A stretch of 64,000 bases of DNA from Bacteriovoracaceae bacterium (lineage in GTDB: Bacteria > Bdellovibrionota > Bacteriovoracia > Bacteriovoracales > Bacteriovoracaceae), in the NCBI GenBank assembly GCA_965206965.1, contig OZ242254.1, forward strand, positions 1,619,466 through 1,683,465, written 5' to 3'. The notes beneath the pieces were generated by a model. It was not told where the DNA came from, made no database searches, and worked only from the letters and a program-made list of their open reading frames with translations. Position numbers and translations under genes: made by a program. Shown here piece after piece: positions 1 to 9,885 of this stretch (within the stretch, counting starts at the first letter, position 1; each line of letters begins with the position of its first letter).

Positions 1-1158
1 CTCACCATCTAAAGTGCCTGAAGGACCTGTAAAATTGGCATTAGCTTCCAATGAAAATTTTTGTAAGAATTCCTCGTGAGGTACTTGAGGGTTGTCTTTT
101 GTTTTTGAAAAAAATACTTCCTCGGATGTGCTAGTTTTTATTTTTTCAAGTGAGCTTTTAATAGAGCCATGTAGGAGACTATGGACTAAGCTTTGTTTAA
201 AAAATTTTATTTGGATTTTATTGGGGTGTACGTTGACATCAATAAGCTCTTTTGGAGCTTCTATGAAACATAAATAATGACCGACTTCTCCTGGTGGCCA
301 AAAATCTTCTAGAGTTTTTAGAAGGTTTTGATGGAGTTGGCGATCGTTGAAAAGTCTAGTATTGGCGAAAAGAAAGTGATGCTTTCCTGCATTTCCCTTT
401 TGGCTATATTTCGAAAACCAACCGTGGACACGGTGGTCTTCGTAGGAACCTTCAAAGTAATGAATTTCTTTTTGAGCTTCTTTCTTTTTAAAAAAGATTT
501 GAGTTATTCTTTTTTCAAGGTTTTCGACTTTTGGAAAGAGTACTTTTTCTTTTTCGTCCCAGCGAATAGAGAATTGGATTTGAGGGTTGGCGAGGAGAAA
601 TGAGTTTATGATGCGTTTGAGAGAATTTTTTTCTGAAGTTTTAGAGCGAACGAATTTAAGTCTTGCCGGTGTATTATAGAAAAGATCTTTTACGGTTAGG
701 GTTGTTCCTGGATTTTGGCTTTTAAAAGGCGTGTGAAGAATTGTTTGACCTCCATGGATTTCAATTTTTCCTCCACCTTCTTGAATGCTATCTTTTTGAG
801 ATGGGAGAGTGTTGCAAATGAGCCTACTTATAGAAGCGATGGAAGCCAGGGCTTCACCGCGAAATCCAAAGGTTCTAAGTGCATAAAGATCTTCATAGCG
901 TTCTATTTTGGAAGTGGCATGTCGACAAAAGGCCATGGGAAGATCGTCAAAACTCATACCTTTTCCATTATCATGGCATTGGATAAGATCGAGACCATTA
1001 TTAACAAGGTAGAGTTCTATTCGACTGGCTTTTGCATCAATAGCATTCTCTAAAATCTCTTTAACTAAGCTTGCTGGTCGCTCGATGATTTCACCAGCTT
1101 TGATTTGATCGATCAAATGTTCGGGTAAAAGTTGGATTTTGGCTTTGGTTTGCGCCAT
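1..1158 (-). CDS. mutL: DNA mismatch repair protein MutL, N-terminal ~386 codons (3' end runs off the window)
   Basis: My own minus-strand translation from the ATG at 1158-1156 reads MAQTKAKIQLLPEHLIDQIKAGEIIERPASLVKEILENAIDAKA...DNGKGM...FGFRGEALASI. These are the GHKL-ATPase motifs of MutL. The frame stays open to position 1, so it is missing from the complete-ORF track. The + strand ORFs at 92-1053 are its shadows. Confidence 0.9.
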   Translation of the reverse strand, partial: MAQTKAKIQLLPEHLIDQIKAGEIIERPASLVKEILENAIDAKASRIELYLVNNGLDLIQCHDNGKGMSFDDLPMAFCRHATSKIERYEDLYALRTFGFRGEALASIASISRLICNTLPSQKDSIQEGGGKIEIHGGQTILHTPFKSQNPGTTLTVKDLFYNTPARLKFVRSKTSEKNSLKRIINSFLLANPQIQFSIRWDEKEKVLFPKVENLEKRITQIFFKKKEAQKEIHYFEGSYEDHRVHGWFSKYSQKGNAGKHHFLFANTRLFNDRQLHQNLLKTLEDFWPPGEVGHYLCFIEAPKELIDVNVHPNKIQIKFFKQSLVHSLLHGSIKSSLEKIKTSTSEEVFFSKTKDNPQVPHEEFLQKFSLEANANFTGPSGTLDGE

Positions 1159-1165
1159 ATGCTGG

Positions 1166-2077
1166 TTAGTCTGCACGATAAAAATTAACCTGGTTTCTGC
1201 CTCCTTCCTTGGATTTATAAACAGCTTCGTCGGCGCGTTTGAAAAGATCCGTTCCGTTGGATACCCCTTGCCTGTAATCGGCAACCCCTATTGAGGCGGT
1301 GACTGGCAAACGCTGATTTTCGTAAATAAATTCGTGTTGCTCGACAAGCTTTCTCAATCGCTCAGCGATTTCAAAGCCTTGCTTGAGATTTGTATTGGGG
1401 AGAAGAATAACAAACTCTTCTCCTCCATAGCGGGCAAAAACATCATTTTCTCTAACGCCGTGGTTACGGATGACTTCAGCCATTTCTTTGAGAACAAAAT
1501 CACCAGCGTCATGACCGTAATTATCGTTGAGTTTTTTAAAGTGATCTAGGTCGAAAATAACTAGTGAAAGGGGCTGTCCATTAACTTTTGATTTTTTAAC
1601 CTCTAAATCGATGCGGTTGTTAAAATAGCTTTTATTATAACAACGGGTAAGCCCATCAGTGTTGGCTTCATGTTGAAGTTTGTCGTAAGTGAGTCTCTCA
1701 GGATCTCCTTTGGGGAGATACTTAAGGGCGATAGAGCCAATTTTAATGGTGTCGCCTTTTTGGAGCAGGGATTCCCCTTCAAGTTTTTTATTGTTTAAGT
1801 AGGTACCATTTTTTGAACCTGCATCCATAACGACATGCTCTGTTTCACCTTTGCAGACTATTTTAAAATGGTAGCGAGAGATACCATTAAATTCGAGAGG
1901 GATGGTGTTATCGGCACTGCGCCCTGCGGTGACCTCTTTGCCTGTTAGATCAAAAATAGTTCCATTAAGTTCTCCTCCAACAACTAAAAGGGAAGCTGGC
2001 TTTTTAGCAGCTTCACTTTCTGCTGCGCCAAGAGCAGCTTGGATATCGGTGAGAACAATTGTTGAATCGTCACTCAT
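1166..2077 (-). CDS. FHA-domain diguanylate cyclase (FHA + GGDEF, DgcB-like architecture)
   Basis: The N-terminal region is FHA-like (GRSADNTIPLEFNGISRYHFKI...GSKNGTYLNNKKL). The C-terminal GGDEF domain has an intact GGEEF site and an RxxD I-site (REND) five residues upstream. Confidence 0.9.
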   Translation of the reverse strand: MSDDSTIVLTDIQAALGAAESEAAKKPASLLVVGGELNGTIFDLTGKEVTAGRSADNTIPLEFNGISRYHFKIVCKGETEHVVMDAGSKNGTYLNNKKLEGESLLQKGDTIKIGSIALKYLPKGDPERLTYDKLQHEANTDGLTRCYNKSYFNNRIDLEVKKSKVNGQPLSLVIFDLDHFKKLNDNYGHDAGDFVLKEMAEVIRNHGVRENDVFARYGGEEFVILLPNTNLKQGFEIAERLRKLVEQHEFIYENQRLPVTASIGVADYRQGVSNGTDLFKRADEAVYKSKEGGRNQVNFYRAD

Positions 2078-2217
2078 GGTTACCGTCTCTTCCTTTTTTT
2101 CTCAAGAGCTTAAATAAGATTTAATCATCTCAGATTTTAATCCTAAGCACGGCCTAATTCAACAGGATAGGTTTAATGCTTAGAGTAAATAATTCCTTAA
2201 CAAAATTTTGGAGAGAT

Positions 2218-3504
2218 TTAGTTTATCTTTTCCAAAAATTCAAAAGCGTATTTTTTTCCAGCTTCAACGCCTGGCTGATTAAAAGGGTCAATGTTGAAGT
2301 ATTCTCCCATAATTGCAGTAAGTCCTTCAAAATAAAAGATTAATGCTCCTAGAGATTTTTCAGAAAGACGAGGTATTTTCAAATGGATATAAGGCCTGTC
2401 GGCTTCTTGAAGGGCTTTGAGGGTTCCCTGTAATTCTGCAGTGAGAAGTTGACTTAAGGTAAAGGGACTCAATTTTTTGAGGGAATTGGTTTGCCCGGAG
2501 TTAGAAAGGGAAAAATCAGTATCGAAATTTTCTATTTGTAAGACAAAAAGGCATTTATTTTTTGGCCCTTCCATAAAAAGTTGGACTTGAGAGTGTTGGT
2601 CGGTGGGGCCGTAGGCAGAAATAGGAGTAAGGCCTGTTTGAGTTAATAGACCCTCACGGTCATACTTTTTGCCTAGTGATTCTGCCCAGAGTTGAACAAA
2701 CCAAAAGCTGAGGTTTTTGAGGCGGCTGGAATAGGGCATGAGCACTGTTTGATCAATCCCTTTTTGTTTCCACAATTCAAAAATAGTTGAAGCTCCACGT
2801 AGTAAGGGGTTACAAAGGTGGGTTTTGGTTAGCATTTCTTTTTTAATTTCTTCAGCGCCTTGGCAGAGTTGGTCGATGTCGATATTAGCAAAAAGGGCGG
2901 GAAGAAAACCAACAGGCGTGAGAACTGAAAAGCGTCCTCCTATATTGTTAGGGATCTCTAGTGTTTCAATGTCCCAAGCCTGGCTAAGGTCAAGGAGTTG
3001 TGATTCTGTGGGGTTTGTCGCAAAAACAAAAAAGTTTTTAAATTGATCTTCTCTGTATCCTTCTTTTTTGAGGAGGTTCATTACGATGGCTAAATTAGCT
3101 GTTGTTTCGGCGGTAGTGCCTGATTTGGAGACAAAATAGAAGAGAGTTTCTTCAAGTTTGATGTCTTTGATTTGCTTGGCTAATTGGTCTGGGTCAATAT
3201 TATTGATAAATTTAAAGTAAGTGTCAGATTTTTTGAGAGCCGAAACTAGCATCTCAGGACCTAGAGATGAGCCTCCTATACCAATGTGAAAAAAGTTTTT
3301 TTTAGTTTTAAATTTTTGAAAAACTTTTCGGCAAGAGTCTCGAAGCTCTATCCTCTCTGTAACTTTAATAAATCCAGTTTTTGGGTTTTCTACAATTCTT
3401 TGAAAAGCTGCAAGCTTTTCTTTGAGGAAGGTTTCAGCAAAAGAGTGTGCTGTCGTGTCGATTTGGTAAATGCCATCGAAAGAAAGAGAGAGGTGTTGAC
3501 TCAT
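2218..3504 (-). CDS. pgi: glucose-6-phosphate isomerase (short ~430-aa type)
   Basis: PGI signatures GIGGSSLGP, FVSKSGTTAET and NIGGRFSVLTPVG are present. The track start is TTG at 3510; the first ATG is at 3504, so the start choice is uncertain. Confidence 0.9.
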   Translation of the reverse strand: MSQHLSLSFDGIYQIDTTAHSFAETFLKEKLAAFQRIVENPKTGFIKVTERIELRDSCRKVFQKFKTKKNFFHIGIGGSSLGPEMLVSALKKSDTYFKFINNIDPDQLAKQIKDIKLEETLFYFVSKSGTTAETTANLAIVMNLLKKEGYREDQFKNFFVFATNPTESQLLDLSQAWDIETLEIPNNIGGRFSVLTPVGFLPALFANIDIDQLCQGAEEIKKEMLTKTHLCNPLLRGASTIFELWKQKGIDQTVLMPYSSRLKNLSFWFVQLWAESLGKKYDREGLLTQTGLTPISAYGPTDQHSQVQLFMEGPKNKCLFVLQIENFDTDFSLSNSGQTNSLKKLSPFTLSQLLTAELQGTLKALQEADRPYIHLKIPRLSEKSLGALIFYFEGLTAIMGEYFNIDPFNQPGVEAGKKYAFEFLEKIN

Positions 3505-3511
3505 ATACAAC

Positions 3512-4645
3512 CTATGAAGAATGCTCTTTTTTAAGACTGCGAGCGATGAGAACTCTCTGGATTTGATTTGTCCCCTCTACAATTTGGAGGACTTTGGCAT
3601 CTCTCATCATCCTTTCGACAGGGTATTCAGAGGTATAGCCGACACCACCCAATATTTGAACAGCATCGGTGGTGACCTTCATGCAGGTATCAGTTGATTT
3701 CAGTTTGGCCATGGAGGAAAGCTTGCTATTGGGTTTTCCCTGATCGTAGAGTTGGGCGGCTTGTTGGACGAGAAGTCGGCTAGCTTCAACCTCAGTGGCC
3801 ATGTCGGCTATCATGAACTGAAGGCCTTGAAAGTCAAAAATGGGTTGGTTGAATTGTTCTCGGTTAAGGGAGTACTTGATGGCTTCTGAGAGGGCCCTTT
3901 CTGCTAGTCCAACAGCAATTGAGCCAATGGTAATGCGGCCTTTATCTAGCGCTGCCATGGCGACTTTAAACCCCTCGCCTTCACCGATTAAACGGTTTTC
4001 TTCGGGAATTAAACAATTGTCGAAAATAACTTCACAAGTTGGGCTGGCCCTCCATCCCATCTTTCTTTCTTTCTTGCCAAACTTGAGACCTTCAGTGCCT
4101 TTTTCAACAATAAAGGCACTGACGCCTTTTCCGCCCTCTCCTCCCGTTCTGGCCATGACGATATAGGTTTTGGCAATTCCGCCTGAAGTGATCCACATTT
4201 TGGTTCCATTCAAGAGATAGCCATTGGCTGTTTTTTTGGCTGTCGTTTTGAGGCTAGCAGCGTCTGTACCGGCAGAGGATTCACTTAAACAGAAGGCACC
4301 GATTTCTTGTCCTGAAGTTAAAGGGGGAAGGTATTTTTGTTTTTGTTCCTCGGTTCCAAAGTCGTTTAAAATTCCTTGAACCATTGTTGAGACGGAGATA
4401 GTGACGGCGTAAGAGACACTTGATTGAGCGATTTCTTGAAGAGTAATACAGAAGTCTTGAACGGAGAGATTGGCTCCACCGTACTGCTCGGGGAGTGTTG
4501 TTCCGCAAAACCCTAATTTGCCCAATTCTTGAAAAATTTCTTTGCGAAAGTGCTCATTGCGATCATCCTCTTCCGTAAAAGGCTCGATCTTTTGAAGGCA
4601 GAATCTTGTGAGTTGATTTTTCAGTTCGAGCTGAAATTCGTTCAT
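3512..4645 (-). CDS. acyl-CoA dehydrogenase (short/branched-chain type)
   Basis: ACAD motifs GAFCLSESSAGTDA and MWITSGG, plus the C-terminal catalytic-Glu motif QIVEGTNQIQR. Length is 377 aa. Confidence 0.85.
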   Translation of the reverse strand: MNEFQLELKNQLTRFCLQKIEPFTEEDDRNEHFRKEIFQELGKLGFCGTTLPEQYGGANLSVQDFCITLQEIAQSSVSYAVTISVSTMVQGILNDFGTEEQKQKYLPPLTSGQEIGAFCLSESSAGTDAASLKTTAKKTANGYLLNGTKMWITSGGIAKTYIVMARTGGEGGKGVSAFIVEKGTEGLKFGKKERKMGWRASPTCEVIFDNCLIPEENRLIGEGEGFKVAMAALDKGRITIGSIAVGLAERALSEAIKYSLNREQFNQPIFDFQGLQFMIADMATEVEASRLLVQQAAQLYDQGKPNSKLSSMAKLKSTDTCMKVTTDAVQILGGVGYTSEYPVERMMRDAKVLQIVEGTNQIQRVLIARSLKKEHSS

Positions 4646-4677
4646 TTAGTCACCGTGCATTATTAAAAAGAAACTTT

Positions 4678-5130
4678 TTAATCAATAGTTTTACATCGAC
4701 TTTTGTAAGTTAAACCATTTTTCATGCGAATTTTTGAAGAGAGGGCCCCTGGGTAGTCCAAAACCAAATTGACGGAAGCGATAGGGCTTTGCTCTCGATC
4801 GAGAGGGACAAGTAGAAGCTGGGTAAAAGGTTTTACTGTCCAGTCGGGATCGGCGATATAATGCAAGTTTCCTTGGAGAGATTCGAGGGAAAGGGTATGA
4901 AGCTCGGTGTTGTAGCCAGACTTTCTCACTTCAGCGGTAAGGCCATTAATTTGTTCAATCACTTGCTCTCTTTCGATACTTGGATTTTCCCAGAGCTTAA
5001 TTTCACCTTTCATTGAAAATTTATTGATGTAGTGGGCTTTCGGTCCGTTGCATTGAAAAGTTAAGGCTGTGGCTTCGGCCATGAGGGAAAATGAAAATAG
5101 TCCCATTAATACTATTGCTAAAGATTTCAC
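4678..5130 (-). CDS. hypothetical exported protein (150 aa)
   Basis: N-terminal signal-peptide-like segment MKSLAIVLMGLFSFSLMAEA. It fills the gap between the two ACAD genes on the same strand. I recognise no motif. Confidence 0.55.
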   Translation of the reverse strand: MKSLAIVLMGLFSFSLMAEATALTFQCNGPKAHYINKFSMKGEIKLWENPSIEREQVIEQINGLTAEVRKSGYNTELHTLSLESLQGNLHYIADPDWTVKPFTQLLLVPLDREQSPIASVNLVLDYPGALSSKIRMKNGLTYKSRCKTID

Positions 5131-5220
5131 GGCTTCTCCTCGTTTTTAGGGGGGTCCAATTTGAGGAGCACCCTATCAATAAAGAGGAGAAAAGAATATC
5201 GGAATGAGTCAACCTTTTGT

Positions 5221-6360
5221 TTACAGAGTCTTTTGGAGAAGGTTTTTAGCAATGATTATGATCATGATCTCATTGGTTCCCGCTCCGATTTCATTGAGTT
5301 TATTGTCTCTCATAAGCCTCTCGAGGGGGAATTCTCGGCTATAGCCGTAACCACCGTGTAGTTGAATGGCATCTAGGGCAATTTTAGTGGCCATTTTGGG
5401 GAGGGCCAATTTGGCCATGGCAGCGATGGCGGGTCCTTTTTCTCCTTGATCGTAGCGGTAGCAAGTATTGTAGAGAAAATTGCGCATCATTTCAGTTTCT
5501 GTTGCCATCTCAGCAATCATTTTTTGAATAAGTTGAAAGTTGCCAAGGGTTTTTCCGAATTGCTTTCTTTCATTGGCGTATTTTAGACACTGATCGACGC
5601 AGGCTTGGGCAATACCCAAGGAGATTCCGGCAATAGTGATGCGTTCTGCTTCAAGGTTTTTCATCATATGATAGGTTGACGAGCCCTCTTCTCCAACTCG
5701 GTTGGCGACGGGGACTTTGACGTTATCGAAAATGAGCTCTCCAGTGGGAGAGCCTCGCATGCCCATTTTGTGAATGGGTTGGCTAGTCATATAGTGGTTT
5801 TTGCTTTTCTCAAGAATAAAAGTTGTGAGGTTTTTTTTCTCTGGTCCTGTTCGAGTGTAAACATAGGCGATATTAGAGTACTGAGCGTTGGTGATCCACA
5901 TTTTAGTTCCATTGAGTGTGTAGTAGTCTCCTTTCTGCTTAGCTTGAGTTTGAATTCCCAGCGCATCACTACCATACTCAGGCTCACTCATGCCCATGCA
6001 ACCGATATGATCACCGCTAATAAGTTTGGGAAGGTATTTAGCTTTTTGCTCTGTACTGGCATTGTTTTGAATATTGTTGACGGTGAGAATAGTATGGGCG
6101 AGGTAACTAAGTGTGAGGGCCGGACAGGCTTTGCCAAACTCTTCCATCACAATAGTGGCGGCCAGAATACCCATTCCTGCACCCCCGTATTCAGGGTCTG
6201 CAGTGATGCCTAAGACGCCTAAGTCACCCATTTCGCGAAAAGCCTCAATATTGAAAGTTTCTTGGGTGTCGTGCTTTTCTGCGAAGGGGGCTATTTCGTT
6301 TCGAGCAAATTCTTGACAAAGACGAGCCAACTCTTTTTCTTCAGAGCTGAAGTACCACAT
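5221..6360 (-). CDS. acyl-CoA dehydrogenase, isovaleryl-CoA dehydrogenase-like
   Basis: ACAD motifs CMGMSEPEYGSDA and MWITNA. The C-terminal motif EIGAGTNEI resembles the EIGAGTSEV of isovaleryl-CoA dehydrogenases, which have Gly at the usual catalytic-Glu position. Confidence 0.8.
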   Translation of the reverse strand: MWYFSSEEKELARLCQEFARNEIAPFAEKHDTQETFNIEAFREMGDLGVLGITADPEYGGAGMGILAATIVMEEFGKACPALTLSYLAHTILTVNNIQNNASTEQKAKYLPKLISGDHIGCMGMSEPEYGSDALGIQTQAKQKGDYYTLNGTKMWITNAQYSNIAYVYTRTGPEKKNLTTFILEKSKNHYMTSQPIHKMGMRGSPTGELIFDNVKVPVANRVGEEGSSTYHMMKNLEAERITIAGISLGIAQACVDQCLKYANERKQFGKTLGNFQLIQKMIAEMATETEMMRNFLYNTCYRYDQGEKGPAIAAMAKLALPKMATKIALDAIQLHGGYGYSREFPLERLMRDNKLNEIGAGTNEIMIIIIAKNLLQKTL

Positions 6361-6476
6361 AAAAACCCCTTACTTAGGATGGATTTATTTCAAAAGATCT
6401 GACTGCTAGAATATAGCAAGCCTTGGAAAAAGGTGACAAGGAAACTCCATCGGAGAGCTTGATGCCGCTTATGGGC

Positions 6477-6506
6477 TTGTCATGAAATTCTGCAAATTGT
6501 TAAAAT
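6477..6506 (+). promoter_or_regulatory. candidate sigma-70 promoter for the 6528 gene
   Basis: TTGTCA (6477-6482), an 18-nt spacer, then TAAAAT (6501-6506). A purine-rich RBS AAGAAGGA and the ATG at 6528 follow. Confidence 0.35.
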
Positions 6507-6527
6507 ACTAAAAAGAAGGATTTTGGC

Positions 6528-8309
6528 ATGCTTGAACATGATGTTCCCGTACCTCTAACAACTCCGGCAGTTAAAGATTTTGACTCTGCTTTCCCTGGAG
6601 AAAACTGGTTTTTTTACTGGAAAACGAGCTCCTCTCTGTGGGAGAGAAAGCTTCGCCAGCTTCCTAAAACCTCGCGAGTTATCATTCCTATAAATTGGGC
6701 TTTTCATTCTGAAACCGGTAATTCTTACGATTTTGCCAGGATAAAACCAGAAACCGATTTAAAAAAACTACTGCAGGTAGCCCGTAGTGTCGGTAAGGAG
6801 CCTGTTTTTTTTCTTCCCTTGGGCCCTTGTCCCTTTCTTCCCAACGGAGGTCTTCCAGCGTTATTGGCACGAACTCCGGCCCTTGATGAAGATCTTAGGA
6901 ACCGTGTTTTTGTTGATCAGGATGGCAATATTCATCGTATGTATTCTTTTTTTGACAATCGCATTTTTAAAGGTTTTTCAAAATTTGTAAGGGAGCTGGG
7001 TCAGTATTTTTCTCAAGCAGGTTTAGATTGCGATCTTTTGGGGTTTGAACCAGGCTATATTGATTTAGATGGATTTAAATCTTATCTATTGGATCACTCT
7101 AAAGTTTTTAAGCAGGGTTTTCTGAAATACATAGAGGCTCGAAGAGAAAACCAAGCTCTTCAAGAGGGAGGAGATTTTCTTAGAGAGAAGGAACAACTTA
7201 CTCTTGAACAAGAGTATGAGTGGGAATTAAGTTTTGTGAATACTATTCGTCGCCTTTACTGTGAAGAAGCTAAAACTGCTCTTATGGGGAATTGGGAGGG
7301 ACATTTAAAAGTAGGTTTTCTTGGGGGAGCTTCTGATGCTATTTTTTCACGAATGTATGATAAGGATAAAACCTCTGCTTATTGTCAAGAACTTGTCCAA
7401 ACTTTATCGCTCGATGTTTTACCGAGCTCTATTTTACTTCCTGCGCGTTTAAAGCAAGGTGTTTTAGGAAGAATGCTCGCAGATTTAGTCATCGACTCCT
7501 TTCTCGAATTAAAACTAGATAATAGTCATATTGCTGATGATTTCGTTAGCCACTTTCGTCCTCTTTCCTTTTTTGAAGTCTTTGATCTTAGTAGTAAACG
7601 AAACTCTAAAGCTGCCGATTGGAGCGACTTGGGGCTTTGGGATTATTTAAAGAAAGCCTACTCTTGGTGTTTTTTCGATCGAAGTAATACTACTTTTCAG
7701 TGGAGTGAGACAACTGAAGCCCATAATAGGATCTTTTTTTTCCATGGCTTTGATGTCGATAAGGACCTTTTTCATAATATTTTAAAAACATTTATGAGTG
7801 GAGGAAAAGTAGTTCTTAATCGATCTGGTTTGAGAGAAGAGTATCTTAGGAAACTCGAAACTTTTTTTCTTGAAAACTCTTTAAAAGTAGAAAAAGTTAA
7901 TTTTCATTGCCCTGTTCACAATGTGACCTTGGGGGAAGGGCGTATGTTGATTTTAGAAGCGAGCAAACTAACAAACTTAGGGTCCCATGAAACTCTTTTG
8001 TTTTGGAGTAAGCTTCTTAATACATTTCAAATTAATTATTTAGCTATTCCTGAAATGGAAGGTATTTTAAATTGTTGGAGATTTAGAGCGACTGGTTATC
8101 ATGAACTTAATTATGAAGAAATCCGTCGTCTTAGTTTGTACAACCCAACTTCATATAAAAGAAAAGTAAGAATCCCAATCCCTAAGAGATTTCGTCTTCT
8201 TAAAATTGTTGATGAAGTTAACACTAGAGCAAGGAGTCATTCTCATGAGTTGGAAGTTGAGCTATTGCCTGAAGCGAGTGTTGCGATTGATTTTGGGGTA
8301 TTTTCATGA
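6528..8309 (+). CDS. hypothetical protein (593 aa), no family recognised
   Basis: Long ORF with a good RBS and no signal peptide. The aromatic-rich N-terminal region (ENWFFYWKTSSSLWERKL, IIPINWAFH) is vaguely like a TIM-barrel glycosidase, but I cannot assign it. Confidence 0.7.
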   Translation: MLEHDVPVPLTTPAVKDFDSAFPGENWFFYWKTSSSLWERKLRQLPKTSRVIIPINWAFHSETGNSYDFARIKPETDLKKLLQVARSVGKEPVFFLPLGPCPFLPNGGLPALLARTPALDEDLRNRVFVDQDGNIHRMYSFFDNRIFKGFSKFVRELGQYFSQAGLDCDLLGFEPGYIDLDGFKSYLLDHSKVFKQGFLKYIEARRENQALQEGGDFLREKEQLTLEQEYEWELSFVNTIRRLYCEEAKTALMGNWEGHLKVGFLGGASDAIFSRMYDKDKTSAYCQELVQTLSLDVLPSSILLPARLKQGVLGRMLADLVIDSFLELKLDNSHIADDFVSHFRPLSFFEVFDLSSKRNSKAADWSDLGLWDYLKKAYSWCFFDRSNTTFQWSETTEAHNRIFFFHGFDVDKDLFHNILKTFMSGGKVVLNRSGLREEYLRKLETFFLENSLKVEKVNFHCPVHNVTLGEGRMLILEASKLTNLGSHETLLFWSKLLNTFQINYLAIPEMEGILNCWRFRATGYHELNYEEIRRLSLYNPTSYKRKVRIPIPKRFRLLKIVDEVNTRARSHSHELEVELLPEASVAIDFGVFS

Positions 8310-8701
8310 ACGGTAAAGATAATCTCATTGCTATTGTTACTGATGGATCGGATTCTTTTTCTGGCTTTTATCTTTCGGCGCTTTTTTCTGGTCAAGGTCC
8401 TGTTGACGATCAATGTGTAAAGAAGGTTTTTCTCTCTCTTAAGAATGCAGAGCCGGCAATGTTAGAGTCGGGAAAAATAGGCTTTTTTGCTTCTTTAGAA
8501 GAAGTTCAAAAATTTTGCTTTATTTTAGGTCAAGAACTAAATTGTGCTCAAATGAATATTTTGAATAATGATGAGTATGCCCATATTCTCGATTTTTCTC
8601 GAAATACTCAAGAATTAAAAGAAGCTCTTCTTTCGGCAGGTAGTGTTATGAAAAACCCCGAAACTTCTTCTCGGAAAGGGTTTTTTGGGAGGATATTTTA
8701 A
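8306..8701 (+). CDS. hypothetical protein (131 aa), translationally coupled to the 593-aa gene
   Basis: Its ATG overlaps the upstream stop codon (ATGA at 8306-8309). No motif recognised. Confidence 0.55.
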   Translation: MNGKDNLIAIVTDGSDSFSGFYLSALFSGQGPVDDQCVKKVFLSLKNAEPAMLESGKIGFFASLEEVQKFCFILGQELNCAQMNILNNDEYAHILDFSRNTQELKEALLSAGSVMKNPETSSRKGFFGRIF

Positions 8702-8775
8702 GTTCCCTCCACTGCAGATAAGTCATTGTTACATTGGCCCTTGTTGAGTGGGTAGAGAGTCGGTATGACTCCGGT

Positions 8776-9885
8776 ATGAATTTTCTTCAACCTGGCAGAG
8801 AACGACTTTTGAAGGGTGAAAAATCCCTGCTTTGGGGTTTACCTCTCAATCAAATGAGGAGCTTGTTGAAAGAACAGGGGTTCACTCCTTTCTCCGCTGA
8901 TCAAATCTATCACTGGGTTTTTAAAAAAGCAGTTTTTGAACAAGAGGGGTGGGGTAATGTCTCAAAAAAGGTCAAAGCTTACTTGGAGGAGAAGTTTGAT
9001 CTTTTCGTTCCCAATATCGTTTGGAGTGGTCTTAGTCGAGATGGAACTAGGAAGTTTTTGATTGGCATGAGCGATGGGCATACTGTTGAGACAGTAGCGA
9101 TTCCTGCTAGAGAGCGACTGACTCTCTGCCTTTCCTCCCAGGTGGGGTGTGCTATTGGGTGCACTTTTTGCCACACTGGGACCATGGGTTTGAAGCGCCA
9201 CTTGAGTGCGGGAGAGATTGTTGGACAATTCATGGCGGTGGCTCGATGGCTTAAAGAAAATGAGGGTGAAGAAAAGAAGTTAACAAATATCGTTTATATG
9301 GGGCAGGGTGAGCCCCTTCACAACTTTGATGAAGTTAAAGAGGCAACGCAAGTTTTTATGGAGGATAAGGGTTACGGGCTCTCCCAGAGGAAAATCACTT
9401 TATCGACATCAGGTTTGGTGCCCCAGATCGAAAGGCTTTGGGACTTTCCCCCCGTCAATATTGCCATTTCACTACATGCGGCTCATAACAATATTCGATC
9501 TGAATTGATGCCTATTAACAAAGCCTACGATTTAGAGCGATTATTTGAAGCCATCAGAAAAATCCCCTTGAAGGCCCACAGGCGAATTACCTATGAGTAT
9601 TTACTGATTAGAGATTTAAACGATCGAGTGGAAGATATTCATGGTCTGGAGAGCTTAGTTTGCCGTAGGGAGTCTAAGATAAACTTAATTCCTTTTAACG
9701 AATACCCTGGCTCCCGTTTTAAAAGACCTTCGGAACAAAAAATTAATTGGTTTCAAGAGGAGCTTCAAAAGCGAGGTTATATTTGCACCGTTAGAGTGAC
9801 CAAGGGTGATGATATTTTAGCTGCTTGCGGACAACTTAAGTCTTCCCTAAAGGACAAAGTGAATATTTGGGAGCCAAAGCTTTAG
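8776..9885 (+). CDS. rlmN: 23S rRNA/tRNA adenine-C2 methyltransferase RlmN (radical SAM)
   Basis: Radical-SAM cluster motif CAIGCTFCHTG, plus MGQGEPLHN, LSTSG, ISLHA and a C-terminal GDDILAACGQL, colinear with E. coli RlmN. The track start is TTG at 8734; I prefer the ATG at 8776, but this is uncertain. Confidence 0.9.
   Translation: MNFLQPGRERLLKGEKSLLWGLPLNQMRSLLKEQGFTPFSADQIYHWVFKKAVFEQEGWGNVSKKVKAYLEEKFDLFVPNIVWSGLSRDGTRKFLIGMSDGHTVETVAIPARERLTLCLSSQVGCAIGCTFCHTGTMGLKRHLSAGEIVGQFMAVARWLKENEGEEKKLTNIVYMGQGEPLHNFDEVKEATQVFMEDKGYGLSQRKITLSTSGLVPQIERLWDFPPVNIAISLHAAHNNIRSELMPINKAYDLERLFEAIRKIPLKAHRRITYEYLLIRDLNDRVEDIHGLESLVCRRESKINLIPFNEYPGSRFKRPSEQKINWFQEELQKRGYICTVRVTKGDDILAACGQLKSSLKDKVNIWEPKL

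Noticed and set aside
92-1053. Three + strand ORFs (92-277, 328-603, 715-1053) at the left edge.
   Set aside because: They lie entirely antisense to an open minus-strand frame that translates into an unmistakable MutL N-terminal domain. They are low-complexity shadow ORFs without RBSs.
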